Positions 55,561 to 63,850 of a DNA stretch of 64,000 nt are shown here, one piece after another (position 1 is the stretch's first letter; every line of letters starts with the position of its first letter). The notes under the pieces were generated by a model that ran no database searches, had not been told where the DNA came from, and worked only from the letters and a program-made list of their open reading frames with translations. The stretch covers positions 62,001 through 126,000 of IMG/VR virus record IMGVR_UViG_3300024308_000188; one strand, 5' to 3'. A program made the translations under genes and the position numbers.

Positions 55561-56592
55561 ATGGCAAGTGGTTTTGGTAGTATAGACCCAAAAGCAGGAA
55601 ACAGTAAGTACAAAGACGAGGCTCGAATTGACGAAGTATTGGGTATGCACAAATTTGTGTCCAATCAAGACTTTTCAGAATTTCGTTTTTTACAAACTCC
55701 TATCCTGCCGTTAAAACAGCACTGGATTAAAATCATTGCTGGTAAAGACAACAAAGAAATCAAGGTAAGTCGTTGGTGTATTGCATTTGATCCGACAGAC
55801 GAAAAAGTTCCACGCAAAGGTGTAACGTGTCCATATTGTTCACTGTCTCAAGGTGAAGATGGAGCTTGTCAAACCAGCGTTAAGTATTATGCGAACGCTA
55901 TTGTTCGTGACTTGCAAGCTGACATGCCTCGCGCTGCAATGAAACAAAAACTTTCGGCAGAAGAAAAGAAAACTGGATTTATTCAACAAGGCAGTAAAAC
56001 TTGGACACCTGTTCGAGTTCTTGCACTTCCTGGTTCTTTAGCTGAAAAAATTCAGAAGGCCGAAAAGCGCAATATCCATAAAAACAAGAAAACTGGTGAG
56101 AAAGAATCTTTCCCAATCACCCATCCTAAGTACGGTATTGATCTTGCAATCAACTTTGATAACGACAAAGCTGGCGGTGATAAATACAGCATTGACCGTG
56201 GTGAACTTAGTCCAATCACAGAAGAAGAATCAAAATACCTTGTTTGGTGTTTGGATGCTTCACTGGTAGAAAAGCTTGGCATTAAATCACAGGAAGAAGC
56301 CGACGAAGATTTCAAACGCATGAAAGTTGTTGGTGGTACTGACATCGATGACGAAGATGAAGAAGAGGATGAAGATTCTCTTGGCAGCAAGAAAAAATCC
56401 GGCAAGAAGCCACTTAAAAAGTCTGGTAAAAAATCTTCAAAATTCGATGAAGATGAAGATGACAAACCGACCAAGAAAAAGAAACCTGTCAAGAAAACTT
56501 CAAAGTTTGATGACGAAGATGACAAACCTGCTAAAAAGTCCGGCAAGAAGCCTGTTAAGAAAACAACTTCAAAACTGAAGAAAAAGAAATAG
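55561..56592 (+). CDS. Single-stranded DNA-binding protein, gp32-like, with mixed acidic/basic tail
   Basis: FRFLQ...KQHW...CPYC...YYANAIVRD...ITHPKYGIDLAI..D...DKYS pattern; lies directly before recA. Confidence 0.7.
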   Translation: MASGFGSIDPKAGNSKYKDEARIDEVLGMHKFVSNQDFSEFRFLQTPILPLKQHWIKIIAGKDNKEIKVSRWCIAFDPTDEKVPRKGVTCPYCSLSQGEDGACQTSVKYYANAIVRDLQADMPRAAMKQKLSAEEKKTGFIQQGSKTWTPVRVLALPGSLAEKIQKAEKRNIHKNKKTGEKESFPITHPKYGIDLAINFDNDKAGGDKYSIDRGELSPITEEESKYLVWCLDASLVEKLGIKSQEEADEDFKRMKVVGGTDIDDEDEEEDEDSLGSKKKSGKKPLKKSGKKSSKFDEDEDDKPTKKKKPVKKTSKFDDEDDKPAKKSGKKPVKKTTSKLKKKK

Positions 56593-56673
56593 TTGTTTGA
56601 CTATTAAATTTAGTTAACTGCATTTTGTTTTAATGAGCGGCCAGTTTATTGGCCGCTAACTTGGATTCTTAAA

Positions 56674-59556
56674 ATGGCTAAAAAGAAAAAGTTAGACATT
56701 GATGACGACGTTGTTGTAGAAGAACCAAAGAAAAAGGGTAAATCAAAAGGCAAGTCTGCTAAAGAAATTGTAGACTCTGCTATTGAAGATGCTCGCGGTT
56801 ATTCTCCAGCTGACGACATTGATGATTTGCTTGATAGTGTTGAAAAGAAATATGGCCTTTCCAGCAGTTTGGTTGACCGTGATGAAAAAAGATTATCCAC
56901 AGGGCTGTTGGCTCTTGATCTATTGCTTAACGGCGGTATTGTTGGTGGCGGTTGGTACACTATTTATGGCGGTGAGCAAAGCTGTAAATCGACATTAACA
57001 ATGACTCTTCTCTGCATGATTCAGAATGCTATTGATGAATTAAACAGAAAAATTGCTGCCAGTATTTTTGATTACGAAGGATCTACTGATATTGAATATA
57101 TTGGTAACATGATGGAAGCACTTGGATTAAAATCTGATGCTACTACAATATTCGGAATCAAAGATGACGACACTGGTTCTTGGTTGATTAAACCAAAAAT
57201 TCGTTATTACATGCCTGATGTTGGTGAAGATTTTTATCGTTACCAAGCAAAACTTCGTCGCGCACTTCCTGATGTACAAAAAATCGGTGACAAGTATTGG
57301 TATGTTTACGAACATACTCAAGAAAATAAGAAAAAGTTTGCTGGAAAATACGATGTTAAGTATTTGACTAAAACAAATAAAATTCGTATTCCTGCTCCAG
57401 ATGGCTTTATGCAAGCAGTATCAATCGTTGATAGTTATCCGGCCATGTTGCCTGAAGGCTTAGATGATGATGATCGTAATGAAGCTATGGCAGAACAAGC
57501 ACGTATGCACGCTGCTGGTATTAAAAAAGTACGAAGCGGTATGCGTAAAAAACGTATGACTGTTTTTGGTGTAAACCAATTACGTTTACGTCCTGCTGTT
57601 ATGCACGGTAATCCTGAGTATGAGCCTTCCGGGGAAGCGCTCAAATTTTTCTGTATGACTGGAGATACTTTCATTCATTCAGAGAAAGGTATGCTAACTG
57701 CCTTTGAATATTATCAAGAATGCAGCAAAGCTAAAAAGCTTCCAAAACTTCTTGGTTATCAAGGCATCGAACGTCCTACAATATTCGACACTACTGGTCG
57801 TAGTTCTATACTTGAGTTAAAAACTGAATACGGATTTTCAATAGCTGGAAAGCCAAGTCATCGAACAATGATGATTAAGTCTGGCGGCTGGAAATACGAC
57901 TGGAAGAAATTGAATCAAGTTGTAGGCGCTACAGATTATTATGTTCCAGTGAAAGTTGGCTCTGATGTTTGGGCTAAAAATCCTGCAACATTTGATTATG
58001 AGCATTATTCAAAACAGAGTAATGAGCAACAAGTAGTTAGCATTCCAAATGTTCTCACACAAGATCTTGCATTCGTTCTTGGAGCTTTATCTGGTGATGG
58101 ACACGTTACTGGTGAAAACGGTCTTGTTCAGTTTATTTCTGGTGATGTAGATTTCTTTGCTGAGTATTGTGATCGTATCTACGATGTGTTTGGAATTGAA
58201 CCTACTATTAAGACTATAGGTAACGCACAAGAGGCTCGAATTTATTCGACTGAGGTTGCGGGATTCCTTTCATATCTAGGTGCTACTGGTTATTCTCGAA
58301 GCAAAGAAGTTCCACGTTGCATTCGTATTTCACCTAAGAAATTCTTTGTTGAATTCTTACGTGGATATTTGAATGCAGATGGAAATGTTTCTTCAAAAGA
58401 AGTAAGTGCTAATAGTAATTCAAAAGCCTTACTTAATGTAATACAACAGCTTTGCTTGAATGCCGGAATTATTACAAAGCTTTCAATGAGCGAAACTAAG
58501 TATCATAAAGAGTCTAAGTTGAATGAACTGCATCGCATTAGCTTTGTTTCTTCATCAGTGAACGACTTGAACTTAATGATGTCTGAGTTCGGCGGCTTAT
58601 GTGAACGCAAACAGAAGCTGTTAGATGACACTATTACCAAAGTAAATAATGGTAATCAGTTTTATAACATTGATGTATTGCCATTTGATTTGATTAGCTA
58701 TGATTCTGTCCGTAGTGACTTTAAACTTAAGTCACATATTGAATCTGCAAAAGGCAGACGCAAACTATATCGTTTGTCTGACTTCGATTCATCTTGGGTA
58801 GATGAAGCAAATCAGATCATTGCTTCTTGTCGTACAGAACAAGAACGTAGTCGGAATAGTCGGATATTAGCTGACTTGATTGAGTTCTTGAACTATACAA
58901 CAAAAAACAATTTGCTTTGGACTAAAGTTGTCGATGTTGATCGTAACCGATCTGAAGAAATGACTTACGATGCAAACATGCCAGACACCCATACAATTAT
59001 CACTAACGGAATTGTTAGCCATAACTCCGATGTGAGGATAAAATCTACTTCTCGTGGATCTGCTCCATACGGTTTTGTTCTTGACAAAGGCATCATGGAA
59101 GAAAATTCTGTGACTGTTGAAGGCGGTAAAGATATTTATCGTTTCATCTGTTTGCGTACTGTCAAAAACAAACTCGGTGGTATTCCTAACCGTGAAGTTT
59201 GGGCGCGTGTTTGGGTTACTGATGGTGATGGTCGTGCTCGTGGATTCGATCCAGTTTTTGATACCTTCGAGTATTTAAAGCAACTTGGTTATGTTGATGG
59301 AACACGGAACAATCTAAAGTTCCATCCAGATGTTCCACTGCATGGTGCTAAAAAATTAAGCTTTGAAGATTTCAAAGTTCTTGTTCTTGGTAGTAAAAAA
59401 CAAATCACCGAAGTTTGTGAGCGAGTTGGTTTGAAGAAAGCTGGAAACATTCGTACATGGTGTTCTAAACATTGTGCAAGTGGAAAAGGCCCGAAACGCT
59501 ACAAAGATCAAATCGTCAAACGCAGTAAAGAAAAAATCGATACTGATGACGAATAA
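56674..59556 (+). CDS. recA: RecA/UvsX-like recombinase interrupted by an intein (~502 aa after splicing)
   Basis: LSTGLLALDLLLNGG, YGGEQSCKST, IVDSYPAM, AEQARM, NQLR, GEALKFF|SDVR, TVKNK. Confidence 0.9.
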   Translation: MAKKKKLDIDDDVVVEEPKKKGKSKGKSAKEIVDSAIEDARGYSPADDIDDLLDSVEKKYGLSSSLVDRDEKRLSTGLLALDLLLNGGIVGGGWYTIYGGEQSCKSTLTMTLLCMIQNAIDELNRKIAASIFDYEGSTDIEYIGNMMEALGLKSDATTIFGIKDDDTGSWLIKPKIRYYMPDVGEDFYRYQAKLRRALPDVQKIGDKYWYVYEHTQENKKKFAGKYDVKYLTKTNKIRIPAPDGFMQAVSIVDSYPAMLPEGLDDDDRNEAMAEQARMHAAGIKKVRSGMRKKRMTVFGVNQLRLRPAVMHGNPEYEPSGEALKFFCMTGDTFIHSEKGMLTAFEYYQECSKAKKLPKLLGYQGIERPTIFDTTGRSSILELKTEYGFSIAGKPSHRTMMIKSGGWKYDWKKLNQVVGATDYYVPVKVGSDVWAKNPATFDYEHYSKQSNEQQVVSIPNVLTQDLAFVLGALSGDGHVTGENGLVQFISGDVDFFAEYCDRIYDVFGIEPTIKTIGNAQEARIYSTEVAGFLSYLGATGYSRSKEVPRCIRISPKKFFVEFLRGYLNADGNVSSKEVSANSNSKALLNVIQQLCLNAGIITKLSMSETKYHKESKLNELHRISFVSSSVNDLNLMMSEFGGLCERKQKLLDDTITKVNNGNQFYNIDVLPFDLISYDSVRSDFKLKSHIESAKGRRKLYRLSDFDSSWVDEANQIIASCRTEQERSRNSRILADLIEFLNYTTKNNLLWTKVVDVDRNRSEEMTYDANMPDTHTIITNGIVSHNSDVRIKSTSRGSAPYGFVLDKGIMEENSVTVEGGKDIYRFICLRTVKNKLGGIPNREVWARVWVTDGDGRARGFDPVFDTFEYLKQLGYVDGTRNNLKFHPDVPLHGAKKLSFEDFKVLVLGSKKQITEVCERVGLKKAGNIRTWCSKHCASGKGPKRYKDQIVKRSKEKIDTDDE
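57652..59025 (+). mobile_element. Intein with LAGLIDADG homing endonuclease (458 aa)
   Basis: Starts CMTGDTFI, ends IITNGIVSHN followed by Ser; blocks LAFVLGALSGDGH and EFLRGYLNADG. Confidence 0.95.
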
Positions 59557-59608
59557 AAATAGGCGGTTAACAGCCGCCTATCCTAACAAATCGACTTGGA
59601 GATTTATT

Positions 59609-60340
59609 ATGTCCTACGAAAACACATCGTTTGCTTTTAGCAAAGCACTTGCTTTGGAAAGTGCTGATCGTGAAAATTTCTCACACGATAAACAAGTTTA
59701 TGAATTTACTTCAGATCAACTTGTTAATTATGCTGCAATAGTTGCATACAAAACCTTTCATAATGTGAAAGGTGGCGCTGAAATGGATGCAGAATCAGAT
59801 CCAATTACAGTTAATGACAAACCTGCTAAAGAAGTTTGGGCCAGTCATTACTATTCTGCACATTCTCCAGCGACACAATTTCCAAAACTTTTACCCAACT
59901 CAAATGGAACCTTTTCCTTGCAATCTGAAGGTACTCCACTTTCATTAGGTGAAGTAGTTTACAATGCTTATTGTGATGCAACAAACTGGAAGTCAGTTTA
60001 CTCTGGTGCTGATTTACCTGAATACAATCTTCAACGTCCTGAAGTTATTGCTGCGTGGGAAGCTGGTGCAATGGCACTGTTGAAAATGTTTTCAAATCTT
60101 CCTGTTCCTCCATCTACTTCTGTTGGTGGATCTGAAGGCCCAATTGGATCAGACGGTTGTTGCGGTGGCCCTCTTGGTGAAAGCGGCCCTGATGGTTACG
60201 ATCCAACAGCGGATCAAGTTGAAACAAAAGAATCTGTTGCAATTGATTCTTCTCAAGTAGGTTCTGTTGAAAACGCTTTAGGTCTTTCTTCAGAATCTGA
60301 CGAATCAGCTGGCGACGAAACTTACGCGCTGAAAGCTTAA
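59609..60340 (+). CDS. Hypothetical 243-aa protein ending in an SsrA-tag-like sequence
   Basis: ATG 59609 with GGAG SD (the tracked upstream start overlaps recA); flexible G/S/D/E tail ending AGDETYALKA*. Confidence 0.75.
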   Translation: MSYENTSFAFSKALALESADRENFSHDKQVYEFTSDQLVNYAAIVAYKTFHNVKGGAEMDAESDPITVNDKPAKEVWASHYYSAHSPATQFPKLLPNSNGTFSLQSEGTPLSLGEVVYNAYCDATNWKSVYSGADLPEYNLQRPEVIAAWEAGAMALLKMFSNLPVPPSTSVGGSEGPIGSDGCCGGPLGESGPDGYDPTADQVETKESVAIDSSQVGSVENALGLSSESDESAGDETYALKA

Positions 60341-60350
60341 GGAATTTGAA

Positions 60351-61139
60351 ATGCGTACAGAATTAATTTTAGGTACTTTAGATCCTAAGTTCGATGCTTA
60401 CCTTGATGAACACATGGCAGAGCATTCTGAAAACTTAGATCCTCGTTTGCCAAACTCTATCATTGTTACACAACACGCTGCTTCGTTTGCCGAACTTTTT
60501 AACCCGCTTTATTTATTTGGCGCTTCACGTGAATTGCTGGATGATACAGAAGATCGTTTCACTCCAATTAAGCACAGACACTTTATTCCATATATTCCTG
60601 TTGTACATGACGGAAAATTTGCTTTGTACGCACGTACACCAAAAGGAACTGAAGGTCAACTTCACGGCAAATTAAGTATTGGCTTTGGTGGCCATATTGA
60701 AATGGCTGAGTGTGCGTATTTTGGCGCTACAGTTAATGTTGATCGCCATGAATACAAAAAAGATTCTTTGGATCTTCCTTCTACTCTTGTGAGCAGTACG
60801 CTACGTGAACTTGACGAAGAGTTTGGAATAGATCAACACAACATTGTAGGTTATTCTGAAACCTTGGATCACGATACTTATATGGAGCGCACTTATGGTA
60901 CTCGTTTGCATACCATAATTACAAGTCGTGCTGTTCCAGTTGATTGTCGTCATCTTGCACTTGTTTATGTTGTTGAGGTTAAGGATGCCGATGTTCTTGA
61001 AATTGAAGAACAGTTAAACTTCCTTGGCTGGTTTACTCGTGAAGAACTTAACGAGAAATATTTTGACCAGCTTGAAATGTGGTCTAAAGCTTTAGTGGCC
61101 TGTGAAAATCTTTTGAATTTCCCTCGCCTTTTAGTTTAG
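60351..61139 (+). CDS. Nudix (MutT-family) hydrolase
   Basis: HFIPY...YAR..GTEGQLHGKLSIGFGGHIE...STLRELDEEFGI...HLALVY. Confidence 0.8.
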   Translation: MRTELILGTLDPKFDAYLDEHMAEHSENLDPRLPNSIIVTQHAASFAELFNPLYLFGASRELLDDTEDRFTPIKHRHFIPYIPVVHDGKFALYARTPKGTEGQLHGKLSIGFGGHIEMAECAYFGATVNVDRHEYKKDSLDLPSTLVSSTLRELDEEFGIDQHNIVGYSETLDHDTYMERTYGTRLHTIITSRAVPVDCRHLALVYVVEVKDADVLEIEEQLNFLGWFTREELNEKYFDQLEMWSKALVACENLLNFPRLLV

Positions 61140-61210
61140 TGTTGTCGTAGGTAAATCGGACGTCCCAACCGGAACAAGGAGAGTTCCACCTTTATTATAG
61201 GAATCTTAAA

Positions 61211-61552
61211 ATGTTGCAACAATTATCTGTTCAAATTGATCGTGCCTCTTTAAATGCAAAGCTGGTGTTGGCTCGTAAACAAGTTTCTGATCTCATTACT
61301 TTTGCCGAAGATCATTTTGATCTTAGTTACGATTCTACTATTTCAAATGTTAAAACACGTTTGAAAGAAAGTACGGCAAACTTAAAACTGGATCAATTGG
61401 TCGGCTACATTGAAGAGTTGATCCAGCACCGCGATAACATTCTTATCTGCATAGACGAGCGCTCAGAGGAAACTGTAAATCGTATATCAAAGCTGGATAG
61501 TTTGTTAGATAATTTCGGATTACCAAAACTGTCGGCTAAAAAGTCATCTTAA
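61211..61552 (+). CDS. Hypothetical helical protein
   Basis: AGGA SD; 113 aa. Confidence 0.65.
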   Translation: MLQQLSVQIDRASLNAKLVLARKQVSDLITFAEDHFDLSYDSTISNVKTRLKESTANLKLDQLVGYIEELIQHRDNILICIDERSEETVNRISKLDSLLDNFGLPKLSAKKSS

Positions 61553-61558
61553 AAGTTT

Positions 61559-61684
61559 TGCTGGTGCGGAAATGTTAGGTAATTTAAACATAACTTACTC
61601 AGTTTGTTATTACACTCACAAGGCTTTTGGTTTAGGGGTGAAAGTAGAACATTAAACCTGAACTTCTAGCTTTCCGCACCAGCA
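61559..61684 (+). ncRNA. Candidate structured RNA closed by a perfect 14-bp stem
   Basis: TGCTGGTGCGGAAA (61559-61572) / TTTCCGCACCAGCA (61671-61684); inner stems ATAAC/GTTAT and CACTC/GGGTG. Confidence 0.5.
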
Positions 61685-61704
61685 CTTTATTAAGGTACAC
61701 TCAA

Positions 61705-62127
61705 ATGAAACCTATAGTTTTAGTAAATAGTAAAAAGTTTTTAGAACAACTTGGTGACGTAAGTGCCAGTTTAAAAGTCAACAAAAATATTTTTACTCAC
61801 CATGTTCCATCTGATCCAACAAAAGATTTTATTTTGTTGGTTCCACAGAATTATTCATTTCTTACCGTGCAGGCTCACAGTATCAGTGGAGCAACAGATA
61901 TTTTCTACACAGCTTCTGATATAAAACTTGCAAATATTCCTGATCTTCCGGCTGATGGAGGAATACAGGAAAAATTTATTACAGCCGATTGGATGTTATC
62001 TGATCTGCTTACCGGAATTCCAGCTGGTGAAACTAAAATGGAATCCATTGAACATCTTGTAACAGCAGTTAAGATAGTCACAACTGGCGAAGCCCGTATA
62101 GTTCTGTCTATCAAAGACAGTATATAA
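61705..62127 (+). CDS. Hypothetical protein
   Basis: AAGG SD; 140 aa. Confidence 0.65.
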   Translation: MKPIVLVNSKKFLEQLGDVSASLKVNKNIFTHHVPSDPTKDFILLVPQNYSFLTVQAHSISGATDIFYTASDIKLANIPDLPADGGIQEKFITADWMLSDLLTGIPAGETKMESIEHLVTAVKIVTTGEARIVLSIKDSI

Positions 62128-62129
62128 AT

Positions 62130-62520
62130 TTCCCTGACCTGCCAAACTTTGCATGTATTTGTTTGGCAACTAAACTCAGGAACTGGATTGTGTCTGCGCT
62201 ACATCCTTTCCGATAGTTTGTGTAAGAATTTCTTACGGTCTTTTTTATTTCGGCACTCTAGCGTCCTCTAAGTGCTGTTTCTGGTCGCAAGACTGGTTTT
62301 ACAAAACAAGCTTATTCGTTTGCATCGACATGCGAGATACGTGAGTAGCTGTCATGAGAAATTCTTTGTTTTGTATTAGCGCCACCGAATCTGATTGGCG
62401 ATCTGATCACGTTTATCAAAGCATATAAGATAGATGGTTATAGTGTAATGCTTTCCACTAGAAGCTGTTTGTTGAAATTGCTTTTCAGTGACTTTCCATG
62501 TTTCAACAGGTAAACATGGT
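62130..62520 (+). ncRNA. Candidate large structured RNA immediately 5' of the tRNA
   Basis: 390 nt with no ORF over 25 aa, packed with stems; G-U pairs and a GCAA tetraloop are all consistent with the plus strand. Confidence 0.45.
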
Positions 62521-62524
62521 TAAT

Positions 62525-62599
<75 letters not shown>

Positions 62600-62618
62600 T
62601 TTTCAACAGGTAACAAAA

Positions 62619-62702
62619 ATGCTTCCAGATTATTCAGAATTAAAACCCTATCTGCTTTCTCTTGTTTTAGTTTTTGTTATTTTGATTGCGCTTAGTTTTT
62701 GA
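62619..62702 (+). CDS. 27-aa single-pass membrane peptide (not in track)
   Basis: MLPDYSELKPYLLSLVLVFVILIALSF*; CAGGT SD-like sequence upstream. Confidence 0.4.
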   Translation: MLPDYSELKPYLLSLVLVFVILIALSF

Positions 62703-62832
62703 TTCCAACACTAAACTTATTTCAGTTAGCTAAGTAACTTAAGATAGTCCTGCACTTAGCCGCGTAGGAGACTATGAAAAGTTTGTGGTTTAAGTGTATC
62801 ACTGAACAGGAATCTTTATTTGGTAATCATTT

Positions 62833-63165
62833 ATGGAACCAGAGTTTTTAAATTGCCCTGAATTTTATTCTAAACATTTTCTTGAACTTAACAATAAAGA
62901 AAAATTCTGCGCTTTTTATTGGAGTCAGATGCGAAGATTTACAACGCTTAAGCAAGCTTTAACTTCTTTACCTGCAAATAGAATACCTTACAGATGCGCT
63001 TTAATTGTTTTGCGCGAAAAGAAATGTCGTTGGCCTGAAGTAGAATTCTTGATAGCCCAAACTTCTTACTCAAAAGGTTTGTATTTGAATTACATGAAAA
63101 TTTTAGTTGAACGAAACCAATTGACTACAGAAGAATTTGAAGATATTTTGAATATGTTAAAGTAG
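62833..63165 (+). CDS. Hypothetical protein
   Basis: 110-aa ORF. Confidence 0.55.
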   Translation: MEPEFLNCPEFYSKHFLELNNKEKFCAFYWSQMRRFTTLKQALTSLPANRIPYRCALIVLREKKCRWPEVEFLIAQTSYSKGLYLNYMKILVERNQLTTEEFEDILNMLK

Positions 63166-63640
63166 ATTCCACTTTAGATCTGCAAGCAGAGACATTTTTT
63201 GTCTTAGGTCAGAACAGCCGTTGCTTGTGCGCTGGTATGCAGTGCAAAGTTTATTATGTCAAGCTAGATCCCTTGACTAGACTTTATACGAAGTAGCCTA
63301 ACTTCGAGATTTTTAGTGGAATCTCCTTTAACATCTTTGTCTGTTCGATCTCCTTTTAGGTACGTGGGGTTCCAAGCAAGTTGTGTCGAACAGGCATTCT
63401 AATTTTTCGCGGCATTAGTTTAAGCAGTCCTTGAAAAAGTTTTGTGTGAGGCGGATTCTTCCTTGCCGCTGTGCTGATGAACTTATAGAGGAAAAACAAC
63501 GAGACAATACTTGCGTCCCTCCAAGTCGGTTAGTATTGTGAGTATCTCACGCACTCATTCGTTATTTCAAAACATGAACGTGCTGACGCGAACTCCCGCT
63601 GAGAGTACAAACCTTAATCTAGCATTAAGCAATGTTTAGA
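63164..63640 (+). ncRNA. Candidate large multi-domain structured RNA
   Basis: Stems AGATTCCACT/AGTGGAATCT, GTCAAG/CTTGAC, CGAAG/CTTCG, TGTCTGTTCGA/TCGAACAGGCA, ACAATACT/AGTATTGT; no ORF over ~21 aa on the plus strand. Confidence 0.45.
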
Positions 63641-63850
63641 CTTTGAATTGTTGTAGGTTTTTGGACTTTTTTCCTTGCTCCAATTCTTGGGTCGTGTATT
63701 TGAAATGCCGCTATACAGGAATATTCATGGTAACTATATTCATCTTTTTTCTAACGATTTGTATTAACCGCGAAAACAATTTACGGCGGTCATCCGTAGA
63801 AAGTTTTCGTATAACAACTAACATTCAACGCATAACAGATTACTTTGACC

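Noticed and set aside
59474-59608. Upstream extension of the 59474-60340 ORF
   Set aside because: It overlaps the recA 3' end and a hairpin; the SD-supported start is ATG 59609.
60200-60700. A phage tmRNA gene around the SsrA-like tag
   Set aside because: No tRNA-like 5' or 3' ends flank it; the tag is in frame with a long ORF and is followed directly by the Nudix CDS.
375-61000. The many 60-160-aa ORFs nested within or antisense to long genes
   Set aside because: They lack SD sites, have unusual amino-acid composition and are fully overlapped by well-supported CDSs.
63164-63640. RNase P RNA, tmRNA or group II intron identity
   Set aside because: The conserved signatures (GAGGAAAGUCC, tRNA-like ends, domain V) were not found.
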